From assembly GCF_009914755.1 (NCBI RefSeq), contig NC_060926.1: a DNA stretch of 64,000 bases. One strand, written 5' to 3'. Both the position numbers and the translations under genes were made by a program. How positions within the stretch are numbered: position 1 is the stretch's first letter; every line of letters begins with the position of its first letter. This DNA comes from the human T2T-CHM13v2.0 reference genome, Homo sapiens. Shown one piece after another: positions 42,561 through 58,559 of this stretch. The notes under the pieces were generated by a model, which was not told where the DNA came from, did not search any database, and saw only the letters and a program-made list of their open reading frames with translations.

Positions 42561-42991
42561 TTGTTACCCAATAACAATTTAATGTTAAATTTGGCTTTCT
42601 TCTGTGTCCCAGCCTCTTAAATTAATAGATGGGCCTTTCCATTATCATTATGACCGGACATTGTAAAGTACTTAAGGTAACACCCAGTTTTCTATTACTT
42701 GCCCTCAGTTCCTTAAATCACTTGCCTTATTCCTTAAATAGCTGGAAGACATGTATGTGTTTTCAAAATCAAAAGAAAGGAATTCAGACAAATTATATCT
42801 GATAATTCAAGGAGTACTTTTAGAAAAGAGTTATAAAAGTGATCTTTTAACATATGCATTTTGTAGTTGTAGCAAAAGTTAACACACAGAGGTGTTTATT
42901 ATCCTTAATAACTATTCTTGCTTTTTGAATGTTCTATACTTTTAAAATACAGAATATTTTTACTAAATAATAAATTCCTATTTTCATTCAG

Positions 42992-43126
42992 CATTTGCGA
43001 CCAGCTCTTCTTAAAATAAATGAATTGTGTTATCATTTGAGTTTTATGGGACTTTGTTATATTGAAAAGTGTCACACCTACACCCTGCAGGAATTTAAGG
43101 CCGCACAAGTCATACGGCTAGCAGAG
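42992..43126 (+). CDS. DNAH6: DNAH6 exon 6
   Basis: Acceptor ttttcattcag|CAT, HLRPALLKINELCYHL...VIRLAE, donor GAG|GTAACA; 135 nt. Confidence 0.92.
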
Positions 43127-43215
43127 GTAACAAATTTTGTCTATAAGAATCAAAGCTTTTTTCCCTATTTTTGATACTTCAGTATCACTAACTGTACATA
43201 TTCAACAATATCTAG

Positions 43216-43336
43216 GTGACAGAACGCCTAGGAGAATTTCGAAATGAGGCAAAATATGTAGTCAGGAGGGCTTGTCGATTTGCTTTGCGTGCTGCAGGAT
43301 TTGTTCCTGATGACTGTGCATTTGGACCTTTTGAGG
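43216..43336 (+). CDS. DNAH6: DNAH6 exon 7
   Basis: Acceptor tatctag|GTG after an 89-nt intron, VTERLGEFRNEAK...FGPFE, donor G|GTATGA; 121 nt. Confidence 0.9.
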
Positions 43337-44010
43337 GTATGAAGGGGAAAGAACCTCAATATATCAGAAGTGGTGGCTTTCTAAAATTTCAGCCCTTTTT
43401 TATTTGACTTTTCTTAAGTTTAAATAATGATTCTATGTTTGAATTGTTCCAAACATTTGATGGATATTATAAATTTAATGTATTTTGTGGAAAGGAGGGA
43501 AATAGAAAATACTGCATGTTTCTCCCATTACTCCTGTTTGTATATAGTATTTCTAAACTGGATACAGAATCTTGATTAATAAGCACTTTAGAGTGGACTC
43601 AGCATCTCTCTGCTTAAAGATATGTCCAGCCTACTAGCACAGACAATAGGTTTTTAAAATTAAGGAACTGGATTGACCTTAGGATTGACTCAGTTAGCAT
43701 GTACTATAAAGGTTGACTAAATTGTAGGTAGAAAAGGAGGGTAAAGATGTTCCTAGGAAAGAGGTAGCATAATATACAGATCAAATCCTGTTAATGAGAA
43801 TGTCAGTAAACTATCTATAATCTTGTTGAATTGAAATCCTTTGATGTAAACTTATTTTGGATAATTGGGCTGTTTTTCAGGTTTGAATTGCTTCGTGTAC
43901 CAAAATATTTTGTTGTTTTTGAATTTTGTTTATCTTTTCTTTGAATCATATTGAAAGAGATGGAACTTTTACACAAGTACACTTGTTGTTGTTCCTTCTG
44001 TTATTCTTAG

Positions 44011-44140
44011 ATTATCATAAAGTGCAGAGCAGTGGAAGTTTCATTAATACACCACATGAGTTGCCCACTTATGGAGACTCTGAGAAAATGACATATACAG
44101 AACAGGCCAGCAAAAGGCATTATTGCATGAGGCTGACGTG
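44011..44140 (+). CDS. DNAH6: DNAH6 exon 8
   Basis: Acceptor ttattcttag|AT, (D)YHKVQSSGSF...HYCMRLT, donor TG|GTAAGA; 130 nt. Confidence 0.92.
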
Positions 44141-44211
44141 GTAAGATTATTCTCATTTTCAAGAAAAATTGTAGTACCCATCTTAAGCTGCATTAAAAAT
44201 TAAACCCCAGA

Positions 44212-44312
44212 AAGTGATGACTATGTTAATTTGCATAACTGAAGTAATCATATCACTATGTATATCAAAGCATCATGTTGTATACCTTAAGTACACACAA
44301 TAAAAAATTAAA
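44212..44312 (+). mobile_element. Short L1M 3'-terminal fragment with AATAAA
   Basis: tatgttaatt...atgtatatcaaagcatcatgttgtataccttaa followed by AATAAA and an A-rich tail. Confidence 0.7.
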
Positions 44313-45611
44313 ATGAAAAGTAGAATCTTTTCTAGGACCTAAGTGATGTCTCACTTGAAAAAAAAAATGGAACCCTTCACCACATTGTTCATGAATGGTG
44401 ATGAGAAATTTGTGGGACATGGTAACCTGAATGCATGGCCCAGAAGACCCCCTTTTCAAACTGCCACCAACCAAAGCAGCTCTGGGACTGTGAGCTGGTA
44501 GAGACAGAGCATGAGGCCAAGGCCAAGAGCTCCTCTTTGATCTCTCTGGCTTTGTTTCCTTCTGGCCCAGCCTGGGCATGGAGACTCGCAGTACAGCAGA
44601 CTGTGGCAGGGAGAAATCAGGCACACAGATTTATGGACCTCCTCAAGTGGGCCTGAAGGACTTGCTCCATCTTTTTGGTCACAGAAGAACTATAGGCAGC
44701 TGCATAACATCACAAAGGTGCACCCAATCCCTAAAATGGGATTTGCCACTGGGAGCCAGAGAGAGAAATATCCCTCCTAGGACCTCACCAGGGGACTCTC
44801 ATTAGCACTAGCTCTGACACCTGCTTACCCAACTGGATCTTGACCTTGACTGTTCCAGAATTTGGATTTCCCATCATTCTAAAACCGCATGTCTTTGGAA
44901 CTATAAAATACTGATTATTGTTATTCAGTGCTCACTGACTTAATCCAACTTTTGCAATTATGTAATACATCTTAACTATATCTCAGTTTATATATGAAAA
45001 TGTCTGTGTAGCAACAGAAATCAGTGAAGCGGTCTCTGAGGCTACCATAGTGGACCTAGAAGTATTAGAGGCCTTAGAGCTCCACTTGAGCAGAATAGAA
45101 CTATTCTAAATGTCTTGCTGACTCAGTCTGCATTCTAAGTAAGCACTCAAGTAAGGAAACGTAAAATTCAAACCTTTGGGTTAGCAATTGCCATCAACAT
45201 TTATTCAATAGCAAAGATTTTACACTTTTACTATTAGAATGCAAGTTACAGATGTTGTATGCATCGATTTCTCCTTTAAAGCATCTTTTAAAAAATATTA
45301 TGGCCCTTTTAGCTAGATAAACTAGATGCATTTTCCCTAACAGCTATATCACTCATTAAATATTCTATTGAAAAGTTAGAATATCTAACTGAATTAATGC
45401 TACATATTTGAATATATTTGTGTTTTAAAAGGAAGAATATCTAAGGACAACTCTTCTGGACAGTACATTTCTGATATTGTAATATAATTAAATGGAAATT
45501 CAAGGAGAAATTATGATATTTTACATTTTAAATATTTGCTTTAGAGACACTGTCAAAAATATGTAGTGAATATAAGAAACCGAAATTGTATTAGTTTTTT
45601 TTCTTTTCAAG

Positions 45612-45780
45612 CTTTATTCGTCTAAACGACTATCTAATTGAGAACACAATGCACATCTTAACGGTAAATGCTGTTAATTCGCTTTTGAACCATCTCACTG
45701 ACAAGCTAAAACGAACACCTTCAGCAGATGTCATTCAGAAATGGATTACTGAAGAGAAGCCTGAAGTCCCTGATAAAAAG
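45612..45780 (+). CDS. DNAH6: DNAH6 exon 9
   Basis: Acceptor ttcttttcaag|C, (C)FIRLNDYLIENTMHIL...PEVPDKK, donor AAG|GTATAC; 169 nt. Confidence 0.92.
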
Positions 45781-45898
45781 GTATACTCACACAAAATTAA
45801 GAATATTTTATTGGTCAGCATTTATTGAGGAGTGCAAACTACGCTCTATGAATTATGCTATTTTCTGTGCACTAAAAAAAAAAGAGAAATGCATAGAG

Positions 45899-46216
45899 CA
45901 GCGGCCCCCAACATTTTGGACACCAGAGACCAGTTTCATGGAAGATAATTTTTTCTGCAGACTGTGGGGGATGATTTCGGGATGAAACTGTTCCACCTCA
46001 GATCATCAGGCATTAGTTAGAGTCTCATAAGGAGCATGCAACCTAGATCCCTCACATGCACAGTTCACAGTACGGTTTGGGCTCCTATGAGAATCTAATG
46101 ACGCCACTGTTCTGAGGGGAGGCAGAAGTCAGGCAGTAATGCTCACCCTCTGCTCACCTCCTGCTGTGCAGCCTGGATCAGTACCTGGTCCAAGGCCCGG
46201 GGACTGGGGACCCCTG
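45899..46216. mobile_element. MER1B hAT-Charlie element
   Basis: CAG...CTG ends with a perfect 8-bp TSD GCATAGAG (45891-45898, 46217-46224); core gatgaaactgttccacctcagatcatcaggcattag. Confidence 0.9.
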
Positions 46217-47458
46217 GCATAGAGTATTTCATGTTATAATCAAAGCCTACAATACACATGAAATGGCAGACTGAAAATCAGCATATCAACAAGTATCTAA
46301 TAATAGAGTAAAAATCCACCATACTGAGAGAAAGTTCCTGTCACAGGAACTTGCTAAAGCTTGCTCATGTGTTCATTGACATATTTCTTAAGTATCTACT
46401 GTGTGCCAGTTCCTGTGCTGGATGTCGAGTATATAGTGATGAAAAGCATAGATAGGATCTTTGTCCCCAAAAGCTTATAGTTCGTGGGGACATAAATGCT
46501 CCTTGTGGGCATAAACTGGCAGAGAGAAGCAGGAAAAGTGGTATAAATAAAAGAGATAAACAATAGTTTAGAGGTGAAAAGAAGCAAATTATTGTGCTTT
46601 GAGGGGATGGCCTTTTATGAGGATGTTGATCTTAAAGACACAGAGTACTATGAGATGTTTGGATGAAGTAGTACAAATTCGTGCATTCCAGCATAGCTAA
46701 AAGAAAGATCATATTATCTCATATTCAAATTTCCCAGTAAGTTTTGCCCTAGCTCCATCCTTAGTACTAATAGCTTCTTTCCAGAATACCTACATGCTCA
46801 CCTCATTTCATCAAACCTCCCACCCTCACAGCTTAAATCTCCCACTCCACAGAAAGCTAATTATGCAATACACAACCTGATGCTCTCAGCCTGAGTTTCC
46901 CTTTCTTCCAAAAGTTAAATCATGTCATGAACTCCTTTTCATAGCTTTCTCTTCTCCCCTATTCTGAATTTCTCCTTTTTATAAATAGTATCAAAATTTT
47001 AAAAGTCACATTTATTTTTCTATTCTAAAAGTAATTTATGCTAAGTGTACAAAATTAGGAAAACACAGAAATATACAAAGAAAAGCACCTTTGCTACCCA
47101 AAGATAATTACTTCAAAGGGGAAAAAAAGATATTATACTTTCCTTACTGCTTTATCCCTTGCTTTTTCCTCTTAGCAATACAGTATTATGAAATATTTCC
47201 AATGTCAATGTATATTTTTCCATGTGACATTCTCACAAAGAAATGTATAATTCTTGTAAATAATTTTCTATTATTGATCACATTCCCACTATTTCAAATA
47301 ATACTGCAAAGGGTATCCTTGTCTATACATTTTTCACACATTTCAGATTTTTCCCCTTAGAAAAAAATTCCTAGATGTGGAATTGAGTCAGAAATATGCA
47401 CATTTTTAAGGCTTTTGATACGTACACACTGACGTATACTCTCCAGAAAGCTTTGTCA

Positions 47459-47790
<332 letters not shown>

Positions 47791-48640
47791 GAATGCTCAA
47801 ATGATCATTTACCCACATGCATACTAAATATTACCATTCGTTTTAATCTGTGTCGGTAATACACAAGGTGGTATATCACTGCTTTCAAATGTTGTATTCT
47901 TCTAATTATGACCCCAGGGCAGGAAGCAGGGCATGGATCTAGGAATCAGAAATATCTGGGTTGAATTCTGGTCTGCCGCCTACTAGCTAGTATGATCTGG
48001 ATGAAACATTCTACCTTCTGCAAATCCCATTTTCACCCTATGGGAACAATAATGGAACCTATTTAAGAAGGTTGGTGTGGAAATTACACAAATACCCAGC
48101 ACTATGCCTGGCACACAGTAAACTCTCTGCAAATGTCGTTACTGAATAAACTATTTTAAGGAAGAGAAGAATAAGGAGGTGAATTCATCATTTGTATTTT
48201 GCTTTCAAGAATTCTCAGATTATGCCCTTTGCCCATTTTTTTACTTAAGTATATTTGTATTTGAATATATTTCTATGTAAAGATTCATTAATATATTATT
48301 GGCATATATTCCTATTAAGTATATCAACTATAGTTCTATTCAAATATTATCAACTTTCTATCTTCTGTATACATTATTGATATGTCTTCCCAGTTTGTTT
48401 GCCTTTCCATTTTGTTGGTAGTATTTTTACAAGGAGAGAAGGTTTACATTGTTATGTAGTCTTTCAATATTTGCCTTTTTTTCTTTCTGTTCTTTATTAT
48501 TCTCTGAAACACTTTCCACATGCCAAGATAATGAATTCAGCTAATTATATAAACTTCAGTTTACATGTCCCTTGTTTTTTTATTTTGTTTTAGACCTTGA
48601 TACTTGTGTCTTTATAACACTGTACATATATTCATTTCAG

Positions 48641-48757
48641 GGGACCCTTATGGTGGAAAAGCAAGAAGAAGATGAATCTCTCATCCCCATGTTTCTCACA
48701 GAACTAATGTTGACAGTCCAGTCACTGCTCTTTGAGCCTTCTCTGGAAGACTTTCTG
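48641..48757 (+). CDS. DNAH6: DNAH6 exon 10
   Basis: Acceptor ttcatttcag|GGG, GTLMVEKQEEDES...PSLEDFL, donor CTG|GTGTGT; 117 nt. Confidence 0.9.
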
Positions 48758-49070
48758 GTGTGTGTTTTTCATGTATTATCCACATGCAAGCACCTATTTG
48801 GAAAATGAAGCAGCTGTTTTGCTGTCAATTGGTTGTCAGAATTGCAGTTGTCACCACTCCAAGATGATCATGAGAAAGAGAGAAAGCATTGTTTTGTCAC
48901 AGCATTATAGCTATATATAAACTATCTAAAAGTTTAGCACATTATCTTTAACTTGAGTCAGATTAGAGGCTTGGTAAGGTACAGAAAAACATTCTATACA
49001 AAATTTAAAAGTGTCTATAGGGATCCCTTTAAGGACAACTGAAGAGATCACTCTGTTGTGAATACCTTTT

Positions 49071-49089
49071 CCTTTCTTTTCTTTTCTTT

Positions 49090-49149
<60 letters not shown>

Positions 49150-49486
49150 TTTCTCTTTCTCTCTCTCTTTCTTTCTTTTCTTTCTTTTTTTTTTGAAACA
49201 GGGATTCACTCTGTCACCCGGGCTGGAATGCAATGATGTGATCTTAGCTCACTGCAGCCTCAACCTCCAAGGCTCAAGCAATCCTCTCACCTCAGCCTCC
49301 TGAGTAGCTGGGACTACAGGTGTATGCCACCAGGACTGGCTATTTTTTTTTTTTTTTTTTTTTTTTTGTAGAGATGCGGCTTTGCCATGGTGGCCAGGCA
49401 GGTCTTGAACTCCTGGGCTCAAGTGATCCACCTGCCTCTGCCTCCCAAAGTGCTGGCATTACAGGTGTGAACCACCATGCCCAGCC
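49071..49486 (-). mobile_element. AluJ element with expanded (TTTC)n tail
   Basis: Antisense Alu with AluJ-type ctcctgggctcaagtgatcc. The (TTTC)n microsatellite spans about 49071-49190, and the TSD is degenerate (tgtgaatacc / tgtaaatacc). Confidence 0.92.
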
Positions 49487-49543
49487 TGTAAATACCATTT
49501 GTGAAATCTTTTTAAAGGTATGCTGGAACTGAGAGAATTTTGT

Positions 49544-50139
49544 TGTCTTAGTTATCCATAGCGGTGTAACAAGTTACCACAAAGTTAGCAGTTGGAAACA
49601 TCCTCCATGAATCATCTCAGTTTCTGTAGGTCAGGAGCTTCACTGGCTACTCAGATTATCGTCTGTTTCAAAGTCTTGGTCTCCCTCAGGCTGCTGGAAG
49701 AATTCAGCTCTAAGCAACTGTAGGACTGAGATCCCCATTTCCTTGAGGGGTGTCAGCCAAGGACCACCCTACTTAGGTCCGAGAAACCATCTGTAGTTCC
49801 TTGCCATGTGGCCCACTCTCTAGGCAGTTTACAATATGGCCATTCACTTCTTCAAGGGCAGATGGACCACTCTCTTAGGAAGGGCTCAATCCCTCTTTTA
49901 AGGGCTTTCACTTGATTCAGTCACATCTATCAAGGATAATCACTTTTGACTAACTCGAAAACAACTGAGTTGGGACCCTGCAATATCCCCCTACCTTTGC
50001 TGCATCACGTAACCTAATCATGGGACTGGCATCCCATCATATTCACAATTCCCACCCATACTCAAGAGGAGGGGATTGAACAGCATATGTACACAGGGGC
50101 AGGAATTTTGGGGGTCATCTTAGAATTCTGCCTACTACA
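49544..50139 (-). mobile_element. MLT1 (D/E-like) MaLR LTR
   Basis: tgtcttagtt...gtaacaagttaccacaaa start and ggggtcatcttagaattctgcctactaca end. Confidence 0.8.
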
Positions 50140-53081
50140 TTTGCATAGGTGCATAGGTTAGTAAACCAGTCAATGTCTGTATCTTCTGTTGTTAGCTGCT
50201 GTACTCTGATTCAAAAGCACTAGTAATCAGGATCTCTAGATTTTAGTCCTGCCTTTACAATTAATAAGCTATTTGACTTTAGGAAAACCGCCTCTGGGGT
50301 TCAGTTTCTGTGTTTATATGATGAGAAGGCATATGAGTTCTAGCATTGATTCCTCCTCCACAGTGTATGATTCTGTAATTTATGGGATAGGCAATTTGAA
50401 GGCATTTACAATGACAAGCAGACTACTGAGGTCCCTGTGATTGGAAGCTCGCTTAGGAGCTCTCATGCCAAGAGGCACTGGGCTCTCATGTCCCCTCCTG
50501 GCCACAAGACTCATGTCCTTCACATGGGATGCAGGTGTCCCAGACTGCAGATGACAAAAGGAGGCTCTGTCACAAGCAGCTTGCTGTCCTTTACCCCCAA
50601 GGGGTGGGCCTCAAAAAACTGGATACCCCTCTCATTTCCTATTATAGGACCCTGTTCCCCACATGGGTATTTTTAACTTCTACACATGAAACATACATGG
50701 TCAAGCTCTGGGAATAATTAGCATGCTTGTCTATTCATACCAAAATAAGATTTTATTTCATATAACCCAAAATCAGCCAATAGAAGTATAAATAGGACTA
50801 TCATTCATAAATTTTCTATTTTTTCGCTATTATTTTAGTCATTAGACTTAATCATTCCCAATGATTCCAAGCACACATACACATAGAGATTAATCTAAAG
50901 GAAAATTATATACTTAAGTCATGATCTCTTACTTTGCTCTTGCTTAGGTTACCTATCGTTTCCTAATACTTGATTCAATATATACTTTTGAATTCTAATA
51001 TTTCTTGGTGTGTGAGACAAACCTCCATTGCATTTGAGTCTGTTTACTGCTTCTGCCTCTTGAAATAGACTCCTCCTTTGGTTTAATTGAAATAGACTCC
51101 TCCTCTGGTTTCTATTTCTGTAGCAACATTTTTTCCTTCTCAGTCATCTTTCCAAGAGCCTCTTTTTTATCTGATCCTTGATTCTTGCTATCCTTAAGGG
51201 CTCTCTCCTCTTCACACCCTACAGTTCTTTCTGGGTGCTTTTTTCTGTGCCAAGGATGCAGACGTAAACATATATTTATATCTATATCTACCTATCTATA
51301 TCTCTACCTATATCTATATGTCTCTATCTATAGATCCAATACCTTTCTTTTAAGCCCCACTCATGGTCATCTGGAAATCTTCACCTGAACGTCCCACCAA
51401 TATGAATTGAACTTATCGATTTCTTCGAAAACTTGCTCCTCCCTCCCTGTCTCCATCTCAATGAAAGGTGCCCAAGACAGCAATCTGAGAGTTCTCCTAG
51501 ATGCCCAGATGCCCAAGCCAGCAATCTGGGAGTTCCCCTAGAGTCTCCCTTACCTCCTTGAGATCAGATCATCAGCTCTTGTGTGCTGAGCCATGGTTGC
51601 ACCCACTCTGCCACTCCTCTCCATCGGGACCTCATCATCTCTCTTCTGGCCTCCTGAAATAGTCTGCTCTGATCTGCCTGCCTCTCTCCCTTCTAGTCCA
51701 TTTTCCACATTACTGACAGCAAGATTATTCTCATAAGCAAATCTAATCATGTCCCTTTCCTGCTTAAAATTTCTCCATTGCCTGTAGTAGCATCTTTCAC
51801 AAGATGTTCTGTGAGTTGTTGATAAGCATTCCAGGAGAAAGGGGGTTGTGATATACATTTGTATATTAACAGATAGAAAAAATCCTGTTTAGCAGGTCCT
51901 GAGAAAATTCCTGTTCAACTTCATGTAACTCAAGATTTCTTCTCAAATTTACTTTGGAAGTTGGGACCCTTTATCCTCTGGGTAGTACCCGGTCACAGTT
52001 TGGGTATTGCTGGCCTATGGGCTAACACTGGCATCATGCACAAGGCCTTTCATGAAGGGGCTGACTGCATCTGCAGAGTATCCTATTTCTGCACTGTAGC
52101 GCTGATGCTCCAGTACCTAAATGACTCACCTGCCTGCCCCCTTGGGCCCCACACACAATGACTTAGCAAGGATTATACTGTTGTCTGATATACTCGACAA
52201 GCTCCTCTTCATCTTTTGAGACTCATTTAAAGACTTACCTTTTCTTTATCTCATTTTCTCTAATTAGACTTTATATTTATTATAAATTACAAACTGATTC
52301 ATGCTGATTGAAGAGACTTTGAAAAACACAGGAAAAGATTATTAAAATAATCCATAATATTATGTACCAAAAATGAAAACCCATTAACATTTTTATATGC
52401 TTCTGTCCAGTCTTGTTTTAGTGCATACTGATATGCTGACATACCTAACTTACCATGAGGTTATGTACAGAGATAGATATAGATACATGTTTACATTGAG
52501 ATATTATATGTCAGTTTTATATCCTGCTCACTCTCTTTTATTCGAACTTAACATTATATCATAAGCTTTTTCTCATGTCATTAAATGATTTTTGGGAGAT
52601 GCCATTTTGTAAGGATATGTAATTTTCCATTGTTTAAAAGCACCAGAACTTATATAACTGTACTTCTGCTTTTGAACCTTAAGGGTTTCTCTAATTAGTT
52701 ATTAATATGAGAAATACTGCAGTGATTGTCCTTGCACATAAATCTTTGTTTACACGTCTATTTTTCCCATAGATTAGCTTTCTGGAATATAAATTACTAC
52801 TCAAAGAATATAAACTTTGAACCCTCCCTTTAAATTTTCCCATAGACTTCCTTGGCTTTCCTTCCATTATGACCTGCTAGTGTTTTGTTCACACTTCAAA
52901 TATAGAACTCATCACCATGTGTTGCAATTTTTTTGTCTCTCTCAATTAGAAAACATATGTCCTGAAGGTAGGGCCATGTCTTTTGATTTGTCATATACTC
53001 AGAATCAGCACAATACCTAGCCTGGTTGAATCAGTTATTCTTATTTATTTTAGCATTTCATAAAATTCAAAAATATTTATA

Positions 53082-53411
<330 letters not shown>

Positions 53412-53458
53412 ATAAATATATGTGTTCACATTTATGTTTATGCTTTTCTCTTTAACAG

Positions 53459-53659
53459 GATGGTATTTTGGGTGCAGTTAATCACTGTCAAAACACTGTG
53501 TTATCAGTTCCTAATCTCGTGCCTGATTCGTATTTTGATGCTTTCACCAGCCCTTATATTAACAACAAACTTGAAGGAAAAACCTGTGGAACTGGGCCAA
53601 GTTTAGCAGCAGTATTTGAGGATGATAAGAATTTTCACACAATTATTTCTCAAATAAAG
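53459..53659 (+). CDS. DNAH6: DNAH6 exon 11 (to aa 601; gene continues beyond window)
   Basis: Acceptor ctttaacag|[17 protein letters not shown]...HTIISQIK, donor AAG|GTATGT; 201 nt. Confidence 0.92.
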
Positions 53660-53869
53660 GTATGTTTACTCTGACTAAAACTATTCTATAATATTCTCAA
53701 TTTTTATGAAATTAAGTAATATATATTTTTTCTTTCTTATCTTTAAATGTTCTACATGTGAAAATTGGCATATGCCTAAATCTCTAAATGGTAAAATTTG
53801 AAAATAATATTTGTTCTCTAGAAATTGTCCTGTTAAGCATGAAATAATTTTTTAAAAGCATTAAAATAG

Positions 53870-54160
53870 GGCCTGGCACAGTGGCTCACACCTGTAATCC
53901 CAGCACTTTGGGAGACCGAGGCGGGCAGATCACGAGGTCAGGAGATCGAGACCATCCTGGCTAACACATTGAAACCCCATCTCTACTAAAAAATACAAAA
54001 AATTAGCCAGGCATGGTGGCGGGTGCCTGTAGTCCCAACTTGGGAGGCTGAGGTAGGAGAATGGTGTGAACCCGGGAGGCAAACTTGCAGTGAGCCGAGA
54101 TCGCGCCACTGCACTCCAGCCTAGGTGACAGAGCGAGACTCCATCTAAAAAAAAAAAAAA
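53870..54160 (+). mobile_element. AluY/AluSc-like element
   Basis: gatcacgaggtcaggagatcgagaccatcctggctaac; TSD aaa(a/g)gcattaaaata on both sides. Confidence 0.93.
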
Positions 54161-55157
54161 AAAGGCATTAAAATATCTGGAGAAACAGTTACTTATCATT
54201 AGCAATCCATCGATCCACATGCATGTGTTTTTGGGGAAGTAATCCTGGCTGTTGAGGATGCTGAGACACAGGCAGAGCCAGGGTGACTCACCAGCCAACA
54301 CAATTTCTTTTACTAAAGTCATTTTTTCATTACATGTTTAATGTTTTTTTAAAACAAAAACATGGTGTTTCACTATTTTGGGCCATAGCCACTCAAATGC
54401 AAGCACTAACTAAAGCATGCTTGAAGACTTTGAAAATAGTATTCTACACATAAAATTTTTATCTTGTCCCAATTTTTAAACTCAAAAGCTCACTTATTGA
54501 GGTGATCGATGTGAGAAGGTAAAGAAACAAGCATTATTCCTCGGCTTGCTTCTCTCCTACATTTCTGGGTAACCTAATCTCCTGTATGGAAAAATAGGAA
54601 TGCAGCCCTCAATATACTGCAAATGCCTTTTCTTCTTGACACCAAAATGATACTGTAATTTTCAAACCTAAAATTTACCCATTTGTCAGTCATAAATATC
54701 CATTATATATACATTCCTATGTAACTTAAAATTAGCATAGTGTTTCAATCTCTTTATTTCATATCAACATATGGTTGTAACTGTCATGGTATGATTTTAA
54801 AAGCAAACAACATTTTCCACCTACTACTGTCTCTGCTTATGGTGGAATTCTTATAAGCTAGCAGTTAATCTAAGGAGCTGAGGTTAATCTAAAGTCACAG
54901 CCAGAAAGAAGCCCATCCTACATGCAGAAATGATTTTAAAAAGTCCTGGTGTATCAGAGGACTGTCTACAGGAAGGAGGCCTAAAAGTGCAAGCTACTCA
55001 AGATGCCATTAGTTCTGGGGGAGGAAACAAGGTTAAAAATAAAAATTTAAAAATTTAAAAAATTTCTAAAGAAGATGAGGCATTATTTGAACATTGGATG
55101 GTGCAGAGAAAATGAAGCAACTACTGAAAATGTAAGTGCTGCAAAACAAAAAAGAAC

Positions 55158-55288
55158 CTACTTGGGAGGCTGAGGTGGGAAGGTCACTTGAGCTCCAGCG
55201 GCAAAGGCTGTAGTGAGCCAAGATCATGCCACTGCATTCCAGCCTGGGCAGCAGAGCAAGACTCTGTCTCAAGAAAAAATCAAATAAA
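55158..55288 (+). mobile_element. Alu right-monomer fragment
   Basis: ctacttgggaggctgaggtgggaagg ... ccagcctgggcagcagagcaagactctgtctc. Confidence 0.8.
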
Positions 55289-55299
55289 TGAGAGTATAT

Positions 55300-58240
<2,941 letters not shown>

Positions 58241-58252
58241 CTTGTGATCCTA

Positions 58253-58558
58253 TGAGTCATGGATCCTTAATGCCAGATGCTATGATTTGCTAAGAGACCT
58301 CGCAGGACTCAGTGTATAATTTTACTCATGGCTATGATTATTACAGTGTAAGGATATAAAGCAAAATTAACGAAGGGAAAAGGCACATGGGATAAAGTTC
58401 AGAGGAAACCAGGCACAGCTTCCAAGAGTCCTCTCCATTGGAGTCACACGGGAGGCACTTAATTCCTCCAGCAGTGGATTTTGACAACACAAGTGAAATA
58501 TCACCTAGCAGGGAAGCTCATTAGAGTCTCAATGAGGAAGGTTTTATTTGAGGACTGT
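58253..58558. mobile_element. MER21-like LTR fragment
   Basis: actcatggctatgattattacagtg ... ggaaaccaggcacagcttccaagagtcctctcc ... gggaagctca. Confidence 0.7.
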
Positions 58559-58559
58559 C

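Noticed and set aside
44265-44805. Overlapping ORFs in a GC-richer patch of intron 8
   Set aside because: No recognisable protein or exon structure; probably a degraded LTR-type repeat that I could not assign.
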